Positions 48,695-57,785 of a stretch of 64,000 nucleotides of DNA are shown here, piece by piece. A program made the position numbers and the translations under genes. This stretch comes from Candidatus Harrisonbacteria bacterium CG10_big_fil_rev_8_21_14_0_10_40_38 (GTDB lineage: Bacteria; Patescibacteriota; Minisyncoccia; UBA6257; 1-14-0-10-40-38): the NCBI GenBank assembly GCA_002773535.1, contig PFAZ01000007.1:4675-68674 (forward strand). Direction: 5' to 3'. Every line of letters begins with the position of its first letter. Position 1 is the stretch's first letter. The notes beneath the pieces are model-generated. The model did not search any database and was not told the origin of the DNA. It saw only the letters and a program-made list of their open reading frames with translations.

Positions 48695-49921
48695 TCAAGA
48701 TTCATCCGGCGCGCATATTGCGCATGTTTCGCAAAGCGTTTTTCCTTTTGTAAAAACTCTAAGAGCTTTTGAAAGCGGGAGTATAGAAAAAAAATATCGC
48801 AAATCAGCCGCTCTCCGGAGCCACCAACCCAAAATGCCATAAAAATGCATACCCATCCATATTGTCGCCGCCCATCCGGTCCCAACCGGTATTGCAAAGT
48901 CAGTTGGGCGGGGGATGAATTCAACTCCCTCTTGATTCTTTAGTTTCACCGATATCATTGAACCGACATATTCTCCATGGCGTATAGCTGTTTGCGCCAT
49001 TCCCGCATACATTACAGATGCCGCGTCTCCTATCACAAAAACATTATCAACATTTACCGCCTGTAGATATTCATCAACAACCACGCGTCCTTTTTTATCA
49101 AGCTGAAAGCCTTTTACATCACGATAAAGCCTGTTTGGCATAGCACCCGCAGTCCAGATAACTGTTTTTGTTTTAACGTTCATATCTTTCAGATAAAGGG
49201 TTTCAACGTCTTCTTTTATTACAGTCCTGTTACACATCACGTTCACACCCAATCTTCGAAGTCTTTGCGTGACGACTTTTGAAACAGATTCAGGAAGTAT
49301 TGGTAAAATGCGTGGCGCCTCCTCGATTAAATCAATTGTTATAAGGCTTGGGTCGAGTTTATGTTTTTTTGCAAGTATTTTTGTATATTGTGCCAGTTCA
49401 GCAGCAAGTTCTGTGCCGCTTGCTCCGCCTCCTACAAGCACTATATGTGCTGCGCACACCTTTTTATCACTTTCCTGTTTTTCACATGACTCAAACGCTT
49501 CGTGTAGATGCTGTTTTAACCGGAGCGCTTCTGTAATCGATTTAAAACCAAATGCAGATTTTTCAAGACCCGGAATATTAAAATACGCCGTCTCACTCCC
49601 TAAAGCTAAAACAAGATAGTCATACAAATACCTCGATCCAGAAGCTCCTTTTAAAGCGCTTGTAGAAAGGTGAACTTCAGAAATCTTATCAATCACAACC
49701 TCAACAGAAGTCCCGTCAAAAATATCGCGTAGCGGTATACAAACCTCAAGAGGGGATTTTCCTGTAACCACCCTGTATAAGCCCGCATAATATTCAAAAT
49801 GCGGCTTATCCGTCACAAGGGTTATTGAAGCATTAACTTTAAGCTTTGAAAGCTTAAGAGCGGTACTGACTCCTCCAAACCCGCCTCCCACGATAACAAT
49901 TCGTTTCTTTGTATCGTTCAT
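48695..49921 (-). CDS. Type II NADH dehydrogenase-like FAD oxidoreductase
   Basis: IVIVGGGFGG, LVGGGASGTELAAE, WTAG and VFVIGD. Confidence 0.88.
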   Translation of the reverse strand: MNDTKKRIVIVGGGFGGVSTALKLSKLKVNASITLVTDKPHFEYYAGLYRVVTGKSPLEVCIPLRDIFDGTSVEVVIDKISEVHLSTSALKGASGSRYLYDYLVLALGSETAYFNIPGLEKSAFGFKSITEALRLKQHLHEAFESCEKQESDKKVCAAHIVLVGGGASGTELAAELAQYTKILAKKHKLDPSLITIDLIEEAPRILPILPESVSKVVTQRLRRLGVNVMCNRTVIKEDVETLYLKDMNVKTKTVIWTAGAMPNRLYRDVKGFQLDKKGRVVVDEYLQAVNVDNVFVIGDAASVMYAGMAQTAIRHGEYVGSMISVKLKNQEGVEFIPRPTDFAIPVGTGWAATIWMGMHFYGILGWWLRRAADLRYFFSILPLSKALRVFTKGKTLCETCAICAPDES

Positions 49922-49933
49922 AAAATCTTTCCT

Positions 49934-50650
49934 CTAAACAATCCAACTATAAGCAAAAACCGTTCCGATAACAAACAACGCAAGAAGAATTATTCTCGAA
50001 AAAATATTTTTTGGTATCCTATCAACAAGTTTTTTTGCAACTGCCACCCCTATAAACGCGACAAAAAATAAAAATATTATGAGGGGATAATATTCAGAGC
50101 TCAAAAACCCTTGGCTCAAATACGCCGGTATTCTTATCATATCCACACCTATTCCTATCGCTGCAGCCGTAGTAATATATCTGCTCTTGGAAAGATTATA
50201 TCCATTTAAAAACGCTCCGCGAAGTGCTCCGCCTGTTCCAATTAAACCTGCTAAAAATCCCGAAACGGATCCTCCGATAACAGATGCGGTGTTTGTTGGA
50301 TGATATTTTTTATTTGAAAACAAAGACCATACGCTCCAGAAAACAAGAAAAATCCCCAAAATTACCTTAAGCATCTCTTGAGATACCGAAGACACAAATG
50401 ACGCGCCAACATAACTCATAATGACACTCGGCAGACCAAAAACAAAAACTATTTTCCAGTCGAGTCCATGCCTAAAAAAACCTATTCGCGTTATTCCCCC
50501 GAAAACATGAAATATCGCAACAAGAGTAAGAGCTAGGGGAAAATTAAAATAAATTAATGCAAAAGGTAAAAGTATCGTCGATGATCCAAATCCCGCTATC
50601 GTTCCGATCACCTCGGCGAAGAAAGCCGAAAGAAGAAAATAAAATGTCAT
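49934..50650 (-). CDS. Sulfite exporter TauE/SafE family
   Basis: GTIAGFGSSTILLP and GFLAGLIGTGG. Confidence 0.88.
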   Translation of the reverse strand: MTFYFLLSAFFAEVIGTIAGFGSSTILLPFALIYFNFPLALTLVAIFHVFGGITRIGFFRHGLDWKIVFVFGLPSVIMSYVGASFVSSVSQEMLKVILGIFLVFWSVWSLFSNKKYHPTNTASVIGGSVSGFLAGLIGTGGALRGAFLNGYNLSKSRYITTAAAIGIGVDMIRIPAYLSQGFLSSEYYPLIIFLFFVAFIGVAVAKKLVDRIPKNIFSRIILLALFVIGTVFAYSWIV

Positions 50651-50672
50651 AATGCTTTTTCAAGTATACCCC

Positions 50673-50806
50673 AAAAAAAAGTGCCCGTGCGCGCAAATGC
50701 GCGCGACGGGCTGTGTCTGTCCGAAGTTGATGCTTCAGTATCAACTCGGTGGCGTCATTCAACACTCCTTTGGGTTGGAGTTATCAGAAAACACCCATAA
50801 GACACT
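50673..50806 (-). ncRNA. Candidate structured small RNA (~135 nt) ending in an intrinsic terminator
   Basis: Closing stem GTGTCT/AGACAC, two internal hairpins, then GCCCGT…ACGGGC plus T8. Confidence 0.55.
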
Positions 50807-50841
50807 GAAAAGATCATAATCTTTTCAGTAAAACTTTGCAA
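50804..50841 (-). promoter_or_regulatory. sigma70 promoter overlapped by an 11-bp inverted-repeat operator
   Basis: TTGCAA-N17-TATGAT on - strand; ACTGAAAAGAT-N4-ATCTTTTCAGT at 50804-50829. Confidence 0.65.
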
Positions 50842-50854
50842 TACCCAAAACAAC

Positions 50855-51256
50855 CTACAGTGCAGCCTCCATCACCGGTCCCATAAATCCTATATAAAAC
50901 AAATATATTCCAACTGCTAAAGTAATCAAAAGAAGGGGATATACCACAACCGGCTTCCTAAACGGCTTTATAAATTTTTGCGGAAACTCCGGAAAGAAGA
51001 TCCGAATAGCCCCCTTTAAAAAAGTCATCCAACCAAGAATAGTTATAATCACTCTCCAGTCACCGGGCCACCCTGGGTGAATTAATACAAAAAATGTGCC
51101 TAACCCCACGAGCACTGCACCTGAGATATAAACAAAAGCTTTATTCTTAACAGAATCAAAAAGCAAATCAATATTTTTTGGCCTAAGTAAAAGCGAAAGC
51201 GCTATCGATGTAAGATACACCCCCCATATCTTTGCCAAAAAAAATGAAACAGCCAT
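50855..51256 (-). CDS. Four-TM membrane protein
   Basis: FLAKIWG…VIITILGW…KG..R..FP; start set at MAVSFF. Confidence 0.7.
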   Translation of the reverse strand: MAVSFFLAKIWGVYLTSIALSLLLRPKNIDLLFDSVKNKAFVYISGAVLVGLGTFFVLIHPGWPGDWRVIITILGWMTFLKGAIRIFFPEFPQKFIKPFRKPVVVYPLLLITLAVGIYLFYIGFMGPVMEAAL

Positions 51257-51355
51257 TAAAGAAATTATAACACAAAAAAAGTTGACACAAGTGCAAATCT
51301 CTTGATAAATTGCCAAAAAGCCCCGAACCTTCCAAAAACACAAAAGGACAAGAAA

Positions 51356-51775
51356 GTGAACGACATTAGATTTTTTGAAGTAGACGTAGAAGCCAACCGG
51401 ACCCCATTTTTTTTCAGTCACCAAATCAGTCTCAATGATATTTCCGAAAGGTTTTCTCATGTGATATCCGTAAACCCGAAAAAAGAGGCAGTTCAAGCAA
51501 AAATCTATTTTGGAAATTTTATTGAAATAGAAAGCGCGAGAGATGAAATAGTTATTGTATACGGGAATCCAAATCGTACATTATTCAAAATGAGATACAA
51601 AAAAAGAGGGAAGATAGAATATCCTTCAAAGCATCTCAAAAATGGATATATTTTTTTTGCGCCAAAAGAGTTTGTGTATGCGCTAAGACCCTTAACTCCT
51701 CAATGTCACGCAATTATTTTTACGGAATCAAATTTATTCGTACCCAGATTTAGTAAGAGACTCGAGGATTTCTAA
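51356..51775 (+). CDS. Orphan hypothetical protein
   Basis: Probable GTG start after AAAGGA; hairpin CCCTCC…GGAGGG downstream. Confidence 0.5.
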   Translation: MNDIRFFEVDVEANRTPFFFSHQISLNDISERFSHVISVNPKKEAVQAKIYFGNFIEIESARDEIVIVYGNPNRTLFKMRYKKRGKIEYPSKHLKNGYIFFAPKEFVYALRPLTPQCHAIIFTESNLFVPRFSKRLEDF

Positions 51776-51852
51776 TGATTGCGGGCATGACAAAAAAGCC
51801 CTCCGCAAATGTGTGGAGGGTATTTTCTTTTACCTGTGATAAAATTAAACAC

Positions 51853-52209
51853 ATGATCAAATCCCCAAAAGTTAAAAAATCAGTTTTCTGGATTACACAA
51901 GGCATCGTCATCGCTGTCTTTCTCATGGAGGGGATAACAAAAATTTTTGGACTGGATTTTCAAATACAAAACTTTATTCGTTGGGGCTATCCATCTTGGT
52001 TTGTTTATATAATAGGGTTTATCGAAACTCTTTCCGCAATTTTGCTTCTAACAAAATATAGAAACATTGCCGTAACATCACTTCTGACAGTTATGGCAGG
52101 CGCAATCTTCACTCATGTTTCAAATGGTGAACCTCAAATGATGGGCCTCGCTATACTCATGATACTTTTTCTAATAATAAGTTCTCGCATCAAGAGAGCC
52201 GCTCAATAA
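51853..52209 (+). CDS. DoxX-family membrane protein
   Basis: FIRWGYPSWF…IG.IE…GAIFTH. Confidence 0.85.
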   Translation: MIKSPKVKKSVFWITQGIVIAVFLMEGITKIFGLDFQIQNFIRWGYPSWFVYIIGFIETLSAILLLTKYRNIAVTSLLTVMAGAIFTHVSNGEPQMMGLAILMILFLIISSRIKRAAQ

Positions 52210-52215
52210 AAAGTT

Positions 52216-53393
52216 TTAAGAAGCAATAGCAGGTTTCCACCGCTTTGCCAGAAAACTCAAAAGCAAAGGCACAAAGAATTTAAATATCACAGAAGTTCCT
52301 ATGAGTAGGGAATAGAGTTCAATCGGAACCAGATTCGCATCATGAAGAAGTTTTAATATAACAATGCTTGTAGAAAATCTTACTCCAAGAGCCACTCCCA
52401 TAAAAATCGATTTCTTCGTTCCTAAAACTTTCGATCCTACAAAATAACTTGCAGCAACCTTCGCAATCTTCGCCGCAATAATAAACAAAAGAACCAAAAA
52501 GATATGAGACAAGAGATATTTTGAATTTGTCTCAAAACCGACATCAAAAAAGAAAATTGGCGCAAAAAAGCTATAAGTTATTGCCTGCACATGTTGGCCT
52601 ATTATAGGCGTTCTTGCAGCCGGTAAAACCGCTCTTACTAAAACCCCTGCCGCTATAGCGCCAATAACAGCTATATCGAGAGAACTATGAAGTCCAAAAC
52701 TTATAAAAACAAAGAAAACTCCAAAAATGAGCGCAAGAATACTTGTCCTGTGCGGTTCATGCGCCGAAGTTGTAGCTCGAAATTTTTTCAAAATAACCAA
52801 AAGCAATGCAACTATACCCCCAAATATTCCAAGTCTCACAACGTCAAATAAATCTGCAGAAATATTTACAGAACCCAAAGTTGGGATTATCGTCACCACT
52901 GCAAAAACCACAAAAAGTTCGATTATGTCATCAAATGTCGCAATACCCAATATTATCTGCCCAAACTTTTTTTAGTAAGACGAAACTCCTCAAGTATCGG
53001 CAGGAGGATTGCCTCACCAACAGTTGCAAACGAAAGCGCAACAAGTATAGAAATCAAAATCGGTATCTTAAAAATAAAGTAGATTAAACTTCCTATCACC
53101 AGAACTTCAGCGATCTCTATTATTAAAGTCGCTTTAACAATGAATTTTCCAGAAGATTTAATCTTCCCCAAGTCCAGAGAAAATCCAATTATAAAAAGAA
53201 GCAGATACAGGCCTATCGTTTTCAAAAAATCAAACGTATCAGTATTTACAATTTGGGCCAAAAAAGAATTCCCCGATAAAAATAAGCCGATCAAAAGAGA
53301 TGCAAAAAGCCACGGCACTCTAAATGTTTCAAGCGCTAATCCAAGAATAAAAGTTCCAATAAATAAAAAACCTAAAAAAAGGGGAATAGACAT
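52216..53393 (-). pseudogene. Cation:proton antiporter (CPA2/KefB-like) split by a frameshift
   Basis: Adding one A to the A7 run (52967-52973) joins …LTKKKFGQIILGIATFDD…; FAPIFF motif. Confidence 0.75.
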
Positions 53394-53421
53394 ATAGCTT
53401 ACAAAAACTTAAACGCGCTCT

Positions 53422-53631
53422 TTAAAGCGCGTTTAAGTCTTCGTCAATTGCCTGAAATTCGATGTCTAAATCAGCTCCAAGATCAACAGAATCGAGTTCG
53501 TTCATTATTTCGTCCTCCTGTGTTGAATCTGGTTGAGTGTCATTATTATCTGCCGGTGAAGACAGCAATATCCATGCTCCCAAAATAACAGCAATAACGA
53601 TTATTAGAATTAAGAATGATTTGCTTTTCAT
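53422..53631 (-). CDS. Small single-TM protein with acidic tail
   Basis: 69 aa ending DIEFQAIDEDLNAL. Confidence 0.7.
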   Translation of the reverse strand: MKSKSFLILIIVIAVILGAWILLSSPADNNDTQPDSTQEDEIMNELDSVDLGADLDIEFQAIDEDLNAL

Positions 53632-53643
53632 GGAATAGAGTTA

Positions 53644-54279
53644 TTAATTATCTGATTCCATCTCCGAAGATGGTCGTGGTAATTGAGCCAGCGTCACGGC
53701 AGCTGTTCTTACCGCCTGCATCGCTGCCCTTACTTGATCGCGCACCGCCTGTAAATCGGTTCGCAATTTATTGCGCGCGACCCCAACATCAGAACGAAGA
53801 TTTGCCTCTGTTGTTATAGCAAATTCATACGTTTTACCAGCTTGTGTGACAACAGAAGTTCTAGCCGTCTCAATTGCGGTTTTTGCCGCGTCTACCTGAG
53901 AAGTAACTGACGACACATCAACTCCGCTATCAGAAACTTTTTGAGCTCTCTCTGTTACACGATCGAGTATGAGGGAGATATTATCCAAAACATCAAGATA
54001 ATGTTTTGTGAGTCTCTCATTAAGCTGGTTTATACTGTCATAAACCCTATCAAGTATCTCCTTCTTTTTAGTATCTCTAATCACAGCTACATCCTTTTTC
54101 AATTCTGCCTGTTTCGCCTGAAACCTTTCTCTTGCTCCCACTTTTGCCTCTTCAAACCTCTTTCTCGCAGCTTCCATGGCTTCTTTTGTTGGTTGTGATG
54201 CCTGCATCGGTGCTTCCGTTTGAGCAAAGGCAGGAAAAGCGATAAATAAAGTCAAAAGCGCAATTAACAAAATTCTCAT
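53644..54279 (-). CDS. Secreted all-helical hypothetical protein
   Basis: Signal peptide ending AFA; QAGKTYEF. Confidence 0.7.
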   Translation of the reverse strand: MRILLIALLTLFIAFPAFAQTEAPMQASQPTKEAMEAARKRFEEAKVGARERFQAKQAELKKDVAVIRDTKKKEILDRVYDSINQLNERLTKHYLDVLDNISLILDRVTERAQKVSDSGVDVSSVTSQVDAAKTAIETARTSVVTQAGKTYEFAITTEANLRSDVGVARNKLRTDLQAVRDQVRAAMQAVRTAAVTLAQLPRPSSEMESDN

Positions 54280-54422
54280 AAATTTCTCAATGCTATTAGT
54301 TTTTAATTTAAAAGACCTTTACCTAAGACTATAACATAATAAGAAAAGTTAAAGTCGTCATTTTGCACAATTTACACAATGAAAAAGCGCGGCCACCATA
54401 GCCGCGCAACACATCAAAACAC

Positions 54423-54638
54423 TCATCTTCTATTATTTCTTACATTGATTATGGAAACATCGTCAATCGGCACGCAAATAACCTTCTTTCTTTTATCTCC
54501 ATCTTTCCGTATAGGCATACACCCACTTGGAACCTTATTTCGTTCACGTGCCAATACAATAGCCAGATTCCCCTTACAAAAGACATAATCACCCGCCTTA
54601 AAAAATCCCCACTCCGAAACCTTCTTGTCGGAGCTCAT
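54423..54638 (-). CDS. Orphan small protein (SH3/KOW-like pattern)
   Basis: FKAGDYV…; GGAGG SD; downstream hairpin GCGCGGC…GCCGCGC. Confidence 0.5.
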   Translation of the reverse strand: MSSDKKVSEWGFFKAGDYVFCKGNLAIVLARERNKVPSGCMPIRKDGDKRKKVICVPIDDVSIINVRNNRR

Positions 54639-54708
54639 TATACATGCCTCCAAATCTAAAAAGAACAGAAATTTCTAGATAAATAATAACTCTCTAAAAA
54701 ATGATCGG

Positions 54709-55113
54709 TCAAGAAAAGGGGATTATGGTTCCAGAAAAAACCGATCCATCAAAAAAAGATTGATCAAACCCACCGGTAAATCCTCCAAATAATACGAAAA
54801 GAAAAAGAGCCAACACAAATATCATTATAAGAAAACCTATTAAATTTCCAAGAAACCCTCTTCCGGAAAACATCGACAGCCCTGCAACTATTATCAAAAA
54901 CGGCCAAAGATCTCCGATTTCAACCGAAAAATCATTTGGCAAGAATCCAAAATTACGCCCCAAGAGCAAAAGCCCGATCGTTACAATCGCAAGTCCTAAA
55001 AAAATCTTTCCAAAATTCGTACTATCTTTACTGTAATGATGATGGATCTCCTTTACTATCTTTTCCTCGTGGTTATGACCGGCGTTATTTTTTTCCTCTG
55101 TTTCGTGGTTCAT
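54709..55113 (-). CDS. LiaF/DUF5668-like membrane protein
   Basis: GLLLLGRNFG…DLWPFLIIVAGL. Confidence 0.7.
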   Translation of the reverse strand: MNHETEEKNNAGHNHEEKIVKEIHHHYSKDSTNFGKIFLGLAIVTIGLLLLGRNFGFLPNDFSVEIGDLWPFLIIVAGLSMFSGRGFLGNLIGFLIMIFVLALFLFVLFGGFTGGFDQSFFDGSVFSGTIIPFS

Positions 55114-55544
55114 TTATTTTTTTTAAAAATTAACCAGATTCCAAATATGATTACGAGAGATGGAAATATTACATCAAATTTAAACCAGTGCAAATCAAAC
55201 GCATCCCTAAAGAGTAGAAGAATCCCAATAATCACAAAAACAAGACCGATGGTATTCCGTCTCTCGATTTTTGGGTTTAGAGCTTCTTTTATATCAGACG
55301 CAAATTCACTCGCATGCCCCTTTGCGTCGTGTTCTCCGGTGGTCTCAGTAAGTTTTTCGCTAGGCATAATTATCGCGAGTATGAGGTAAAGCAAAACCCC
55401 AACTCCATCCAAAATTGCCAAAAGAACAAAAGCGGCTCTTATCAAAACCGGATCAATATCAAAATATTCGGCGACCCCCCCTGCCACTCCAAAAATTATC
55501 TTTTTATCTCGTGATCTGCAAAGTTTCTTTTGCTTATTTTCCAT
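55110..55544 (-). CDS. PspC domain protein
   Basis: RSRDKKIIFGVAGGVAEYFDIDPVLIR…YLILAIIMP. Confidence 0.92.
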   Translation of the reverse strand: MENKQKKLCRSRDKKIIFGVAGGVAEYFDIDPVLIRAAFVLLAILDGVGVLLYLILAIIMPSEKLTETTGEHDAKGHASEFASDIKEALNPKIERRNTIGLVFVIIGILLLFRDAFDLHWFKFDVIFPSLVIIFGIWLIFKKNK

Positions 55545-55586
55545 ACGCCGCAACTATACGCCGACAAATAAAAATAGTCAAAAAAG

Positions 55587-55607
55587 CAACCCCGCTTTGC
55601 GGGGTTG
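55587..55607. repeat. CAACCCCGC-NNN-GCGGGGTTG palindrome/terminator
   Basis: Perfect 9-bp stem; near-identical to 16921 and 56324. Confidence 0.8.
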
Positions 55608-55621
55608 GTATGTGTTGCTCC

Positions 55622-56245
55622 TCATTCGTACCATTTTTCATCACCATATGGCCCAATATAGCTAGAGTATTCATCTCCTTCAAGGTATTCATCAAATCCA
55701 TGACGACTAACCTCCATCATACTCAACTTGCCTTCGGTATCAAAATTGACAAGAAGGTTGTCGGTGCACCAAAAATCCATATCGTCCTGAGGCTGTGGGT
55801 TATTCTTGTGTATAGTATTTACTAGATGTCTTGCTTCAGGATATGCATCTAGAAAATCATTAAGTAAGTCTCCGAGCATGATTCCCGTATCAGTCATTCC
55901 CATCCACGGCTTTCGAACCGCTATTGTGAAAAGATTGCCAAATCCCACTGCCCAAACACTATCATTACAACCAATATACTGGAACGTATCTCCCCAACCA
56001 CCAACATGACCTTCGTAAAAGTATGTCCCAAATCTCTCATCGGGATTTGCTTTTCTTGCGCAAAGTTGAACTTCGGCCAGACCAAGCTCGCATCCATCAT
56101 CACCAAGTGTAAGTAGTGTAGTGTCATTTTCACATCTAAAGTAAATTCCCCCCTTATGACTCGTCCTCCATTGCTCTGGCGGCCGATCGCATCCCAGAAA
56201 AAAACCAACAGAAAACAAAAACACAAAAAGCTTGCTGTGTTTCAT
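55622..56245 (-). CDS. Orphan lipoprotein
   Basis: Lipobox FLGC; GGAG SD; GATCTTTGACA upstream. Confidence 0.65.
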   Translation of the reverse strand: MKHSKLFVFLFSVGFFLGCDRPPEQWRTSHKGGIYFRCENDTTLLTLGDDGCELGLAEVQLCARKANPDERFGTYFYEGHVGGWGDTFQYIGCNDSVWAVGFGNLFTIAVRKPWMGMTDTGIMLGDLLNDFLDAYPEARHLVNTIHKNNPQPQDDMDFWCTDNLLVNFDTEGKLSMMEVSRHGFDEYLEGDEYSSYIGPYGDEKWYE

Positions 56246-56323
56246 GGCTTGTCTCCAAAAAAGTTGTGTCAAAGATCCTACTTTTAATAAAACAAACCTA
56301 TATTAAAAAAGTTTCAAAAAAAA

Positions 56324-56344
56324 CAACCCCGCAGAGCGGGGTTG
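56324..56344. repeat. CAACCCCGC-NNN-GCGGGGTTG palindrome/terminator
   Basis: Perfect stem flanked by A and T tracts. Confidence 0.8.
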
Positions 56345-56355
56345 TTTTTTAAAGA

Positions 56356-56532
56356 CTACATTGAGCCTGTTGGTGCGCCACCCGTGTTTTGATCCGGAGC
56401 CGCTGGTTGCTGAGGTGCTTCCGGCTGCTGCGGTTCTCCTGTTGGAGGAGTCGACGGTGTTTGTGGCATCTGACCTGGCATTCCTGGCTGTGTGCCTTCC
56501 TGACCAGGCATTGGTGTTGTTGGATTATCCAT
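56356..56532 (-). CDS. Small Pro/Gln/Gly-rich disordered protein
   Basis: MDNPTTPMPGQEGTQPGMPGQ…; terminator directly downstream. Confidence 0.65.
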   Translation of the reverse strand: MDNPTTPMPGQEGTQPGMPGQMPQTPSTPPTGEPQQPEAPQQPAAPDQNTGGAPTGSM

Positions 56533-56724
56533 AAAATGTAAATACAAAATTCTGTTGCACCGACCTTTTAACTATTTTCAATTCTTCAGGTTATCAATTA
56601 TTGATTGGCAGATTTCCTCACTCAAAAAAGAAGTTGAGTCCACTACCTATTGGAAAGTTCTGGCCGCCCCGGAGAATATCCAACACGACCGTATAAAGAT
56701 AATATAGGATTAAATCACAAAAGT

Positions 56725-57486
56725 CTACCCCTCATTATCTTTTTTGTGTGTAAATCCAGCAAAAGACTTTATTATTTCAAGCGGAACAGTAAATACGATT
56801 GTATTTGATTGATCCGAGGAAATATCATTTATCGACTGAAGAGTTCTCAAGTGAAGAGCTCCATCAGAAGAAGAAAGGATTTTTGCGGCTTCTGCCATAT
56901 TTTGGGCTGCTGCTAATTCTCCTTCAGAAGTGATTATAACCGCTCGTTTTTCCCGTTCAGCCTCTGCTTGCTTCGCAATTGTTCGTTCCATGTTTTCAGG
57001 CAACCGAATGTCTTTCAATTCTACATTTTGTACCTTGAGTCCCCACGCATCAGTTTCTTTATCCACAATTTCTCGTATGCGTTCTGCTATAGTCTCACGA
57101 CCACTCAAAAGTTCATCAAGCGTCACTTCTCCAACGATGTTCCTCATCGTTGTTTGAGCATATTGAGATATTGCATAAAAGAAATTTTCAACTTCTATAA
57201 TCGCTTTTTCGGCAGACGATACCTTGTAGTAAATTACGGCATTCACCGTTACTGAAACATTGTCTTTAGTGATTGCATTCTGATCAGGAACATCAACAGC
57301 CTTTACTCTCATATCGACTTTTTTATAAGTCTGAAAAACAGGAATCACCAGTCGCCACCCGGGATTCATGATTCCTGTGTACTTTCCTAACGTAAATCTG
57401 ACACCGCGCTCATATTGATTAATCTGTCTTATACTCACGATAATCAATAAGAAAAGAGCTATTAAAATATAATTAAGTGTACCCAT
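56725..57486 (-). CDS. SPFH/stomatin (slipin) family protein
   Basis: ITKDNVSV and AKQAEAEREKRA. Confidence 0.93.
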   Translation of the reverse strand: MGTLNYILIALFLLIIVSIRQINQYERGVRFTLGKYTGIMNPGWRLVIPVFQTYKKVDMRVKAVDVPDQNAITKDNVSVTVNAVIYYKVSSAEKAIIEVENFFYAISQYAQTTMRNIVGEVTLDELLSGRETIAERIREIVDKETDAWGLKVQNVELKDIRLPENMERTIAKQAEAEREKRAVIITSEGELAAAQNMAEAAKILSSSDGALHLRTLQSINDISSDQSNTIVFTVPLEIIKSFAGFTHKKDNEG

Positions 57487-57550
57487 AATTTTATTTATAA
57501 AAGCGGTGACTAGGCGCTATACTTATAGAGTATAGAACAAATAAAAACTC

Positions 57551-57733
57551 ATGCCAGCGAAATCAAAAATTCAACAAATGGCAGCAGGCGCCGCGCTTTC
57601 AGCTAAAAGGGAAGAGATAGACCCTAAAAAACTCAAGGGCGCTTCGAAAGAAATGTATAAATCAATGAGTGAGAGCAAACTCCGTGAATTCGCCGCGACA
57701 AAAAGAAGGAAACTCCCGAAAAAGAAAAAGTAA
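57551..57733 (+). CDS. DUF3008-like small protein
   Basis: MPAKSK.QQ.AAGAALSAKR…LREFAATKRRKLP. Confidence 0.85.
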   Translation: MPAKSKIQQMAAGAALSAKREEIDPKKLKGASKEMYKSMSESKLREFAATKRRKLPKKKK

Positions 57734-57736
57734 ATC

Positions 57737-57785
57737 GTCAGTCGTCAGTCGTAAGTTTTCAGTTGTTAGTTATTAGTCGTCAATC
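57737..57785 (+). repeat. Degenerate 7-bp tandem repeat x7
   Basis: GTCAGTC GTCAGTC GTAAGTT TTCAGTT GTTAGTT ATTAGTC GTCAATC. Confidence 0.7.

Noticed and set aside
50544-50765. 73-aa ORF on the - strand
   Set aside because: It runs through a strong terminator and overlaps tauE out of frame; better explained as structured RNA
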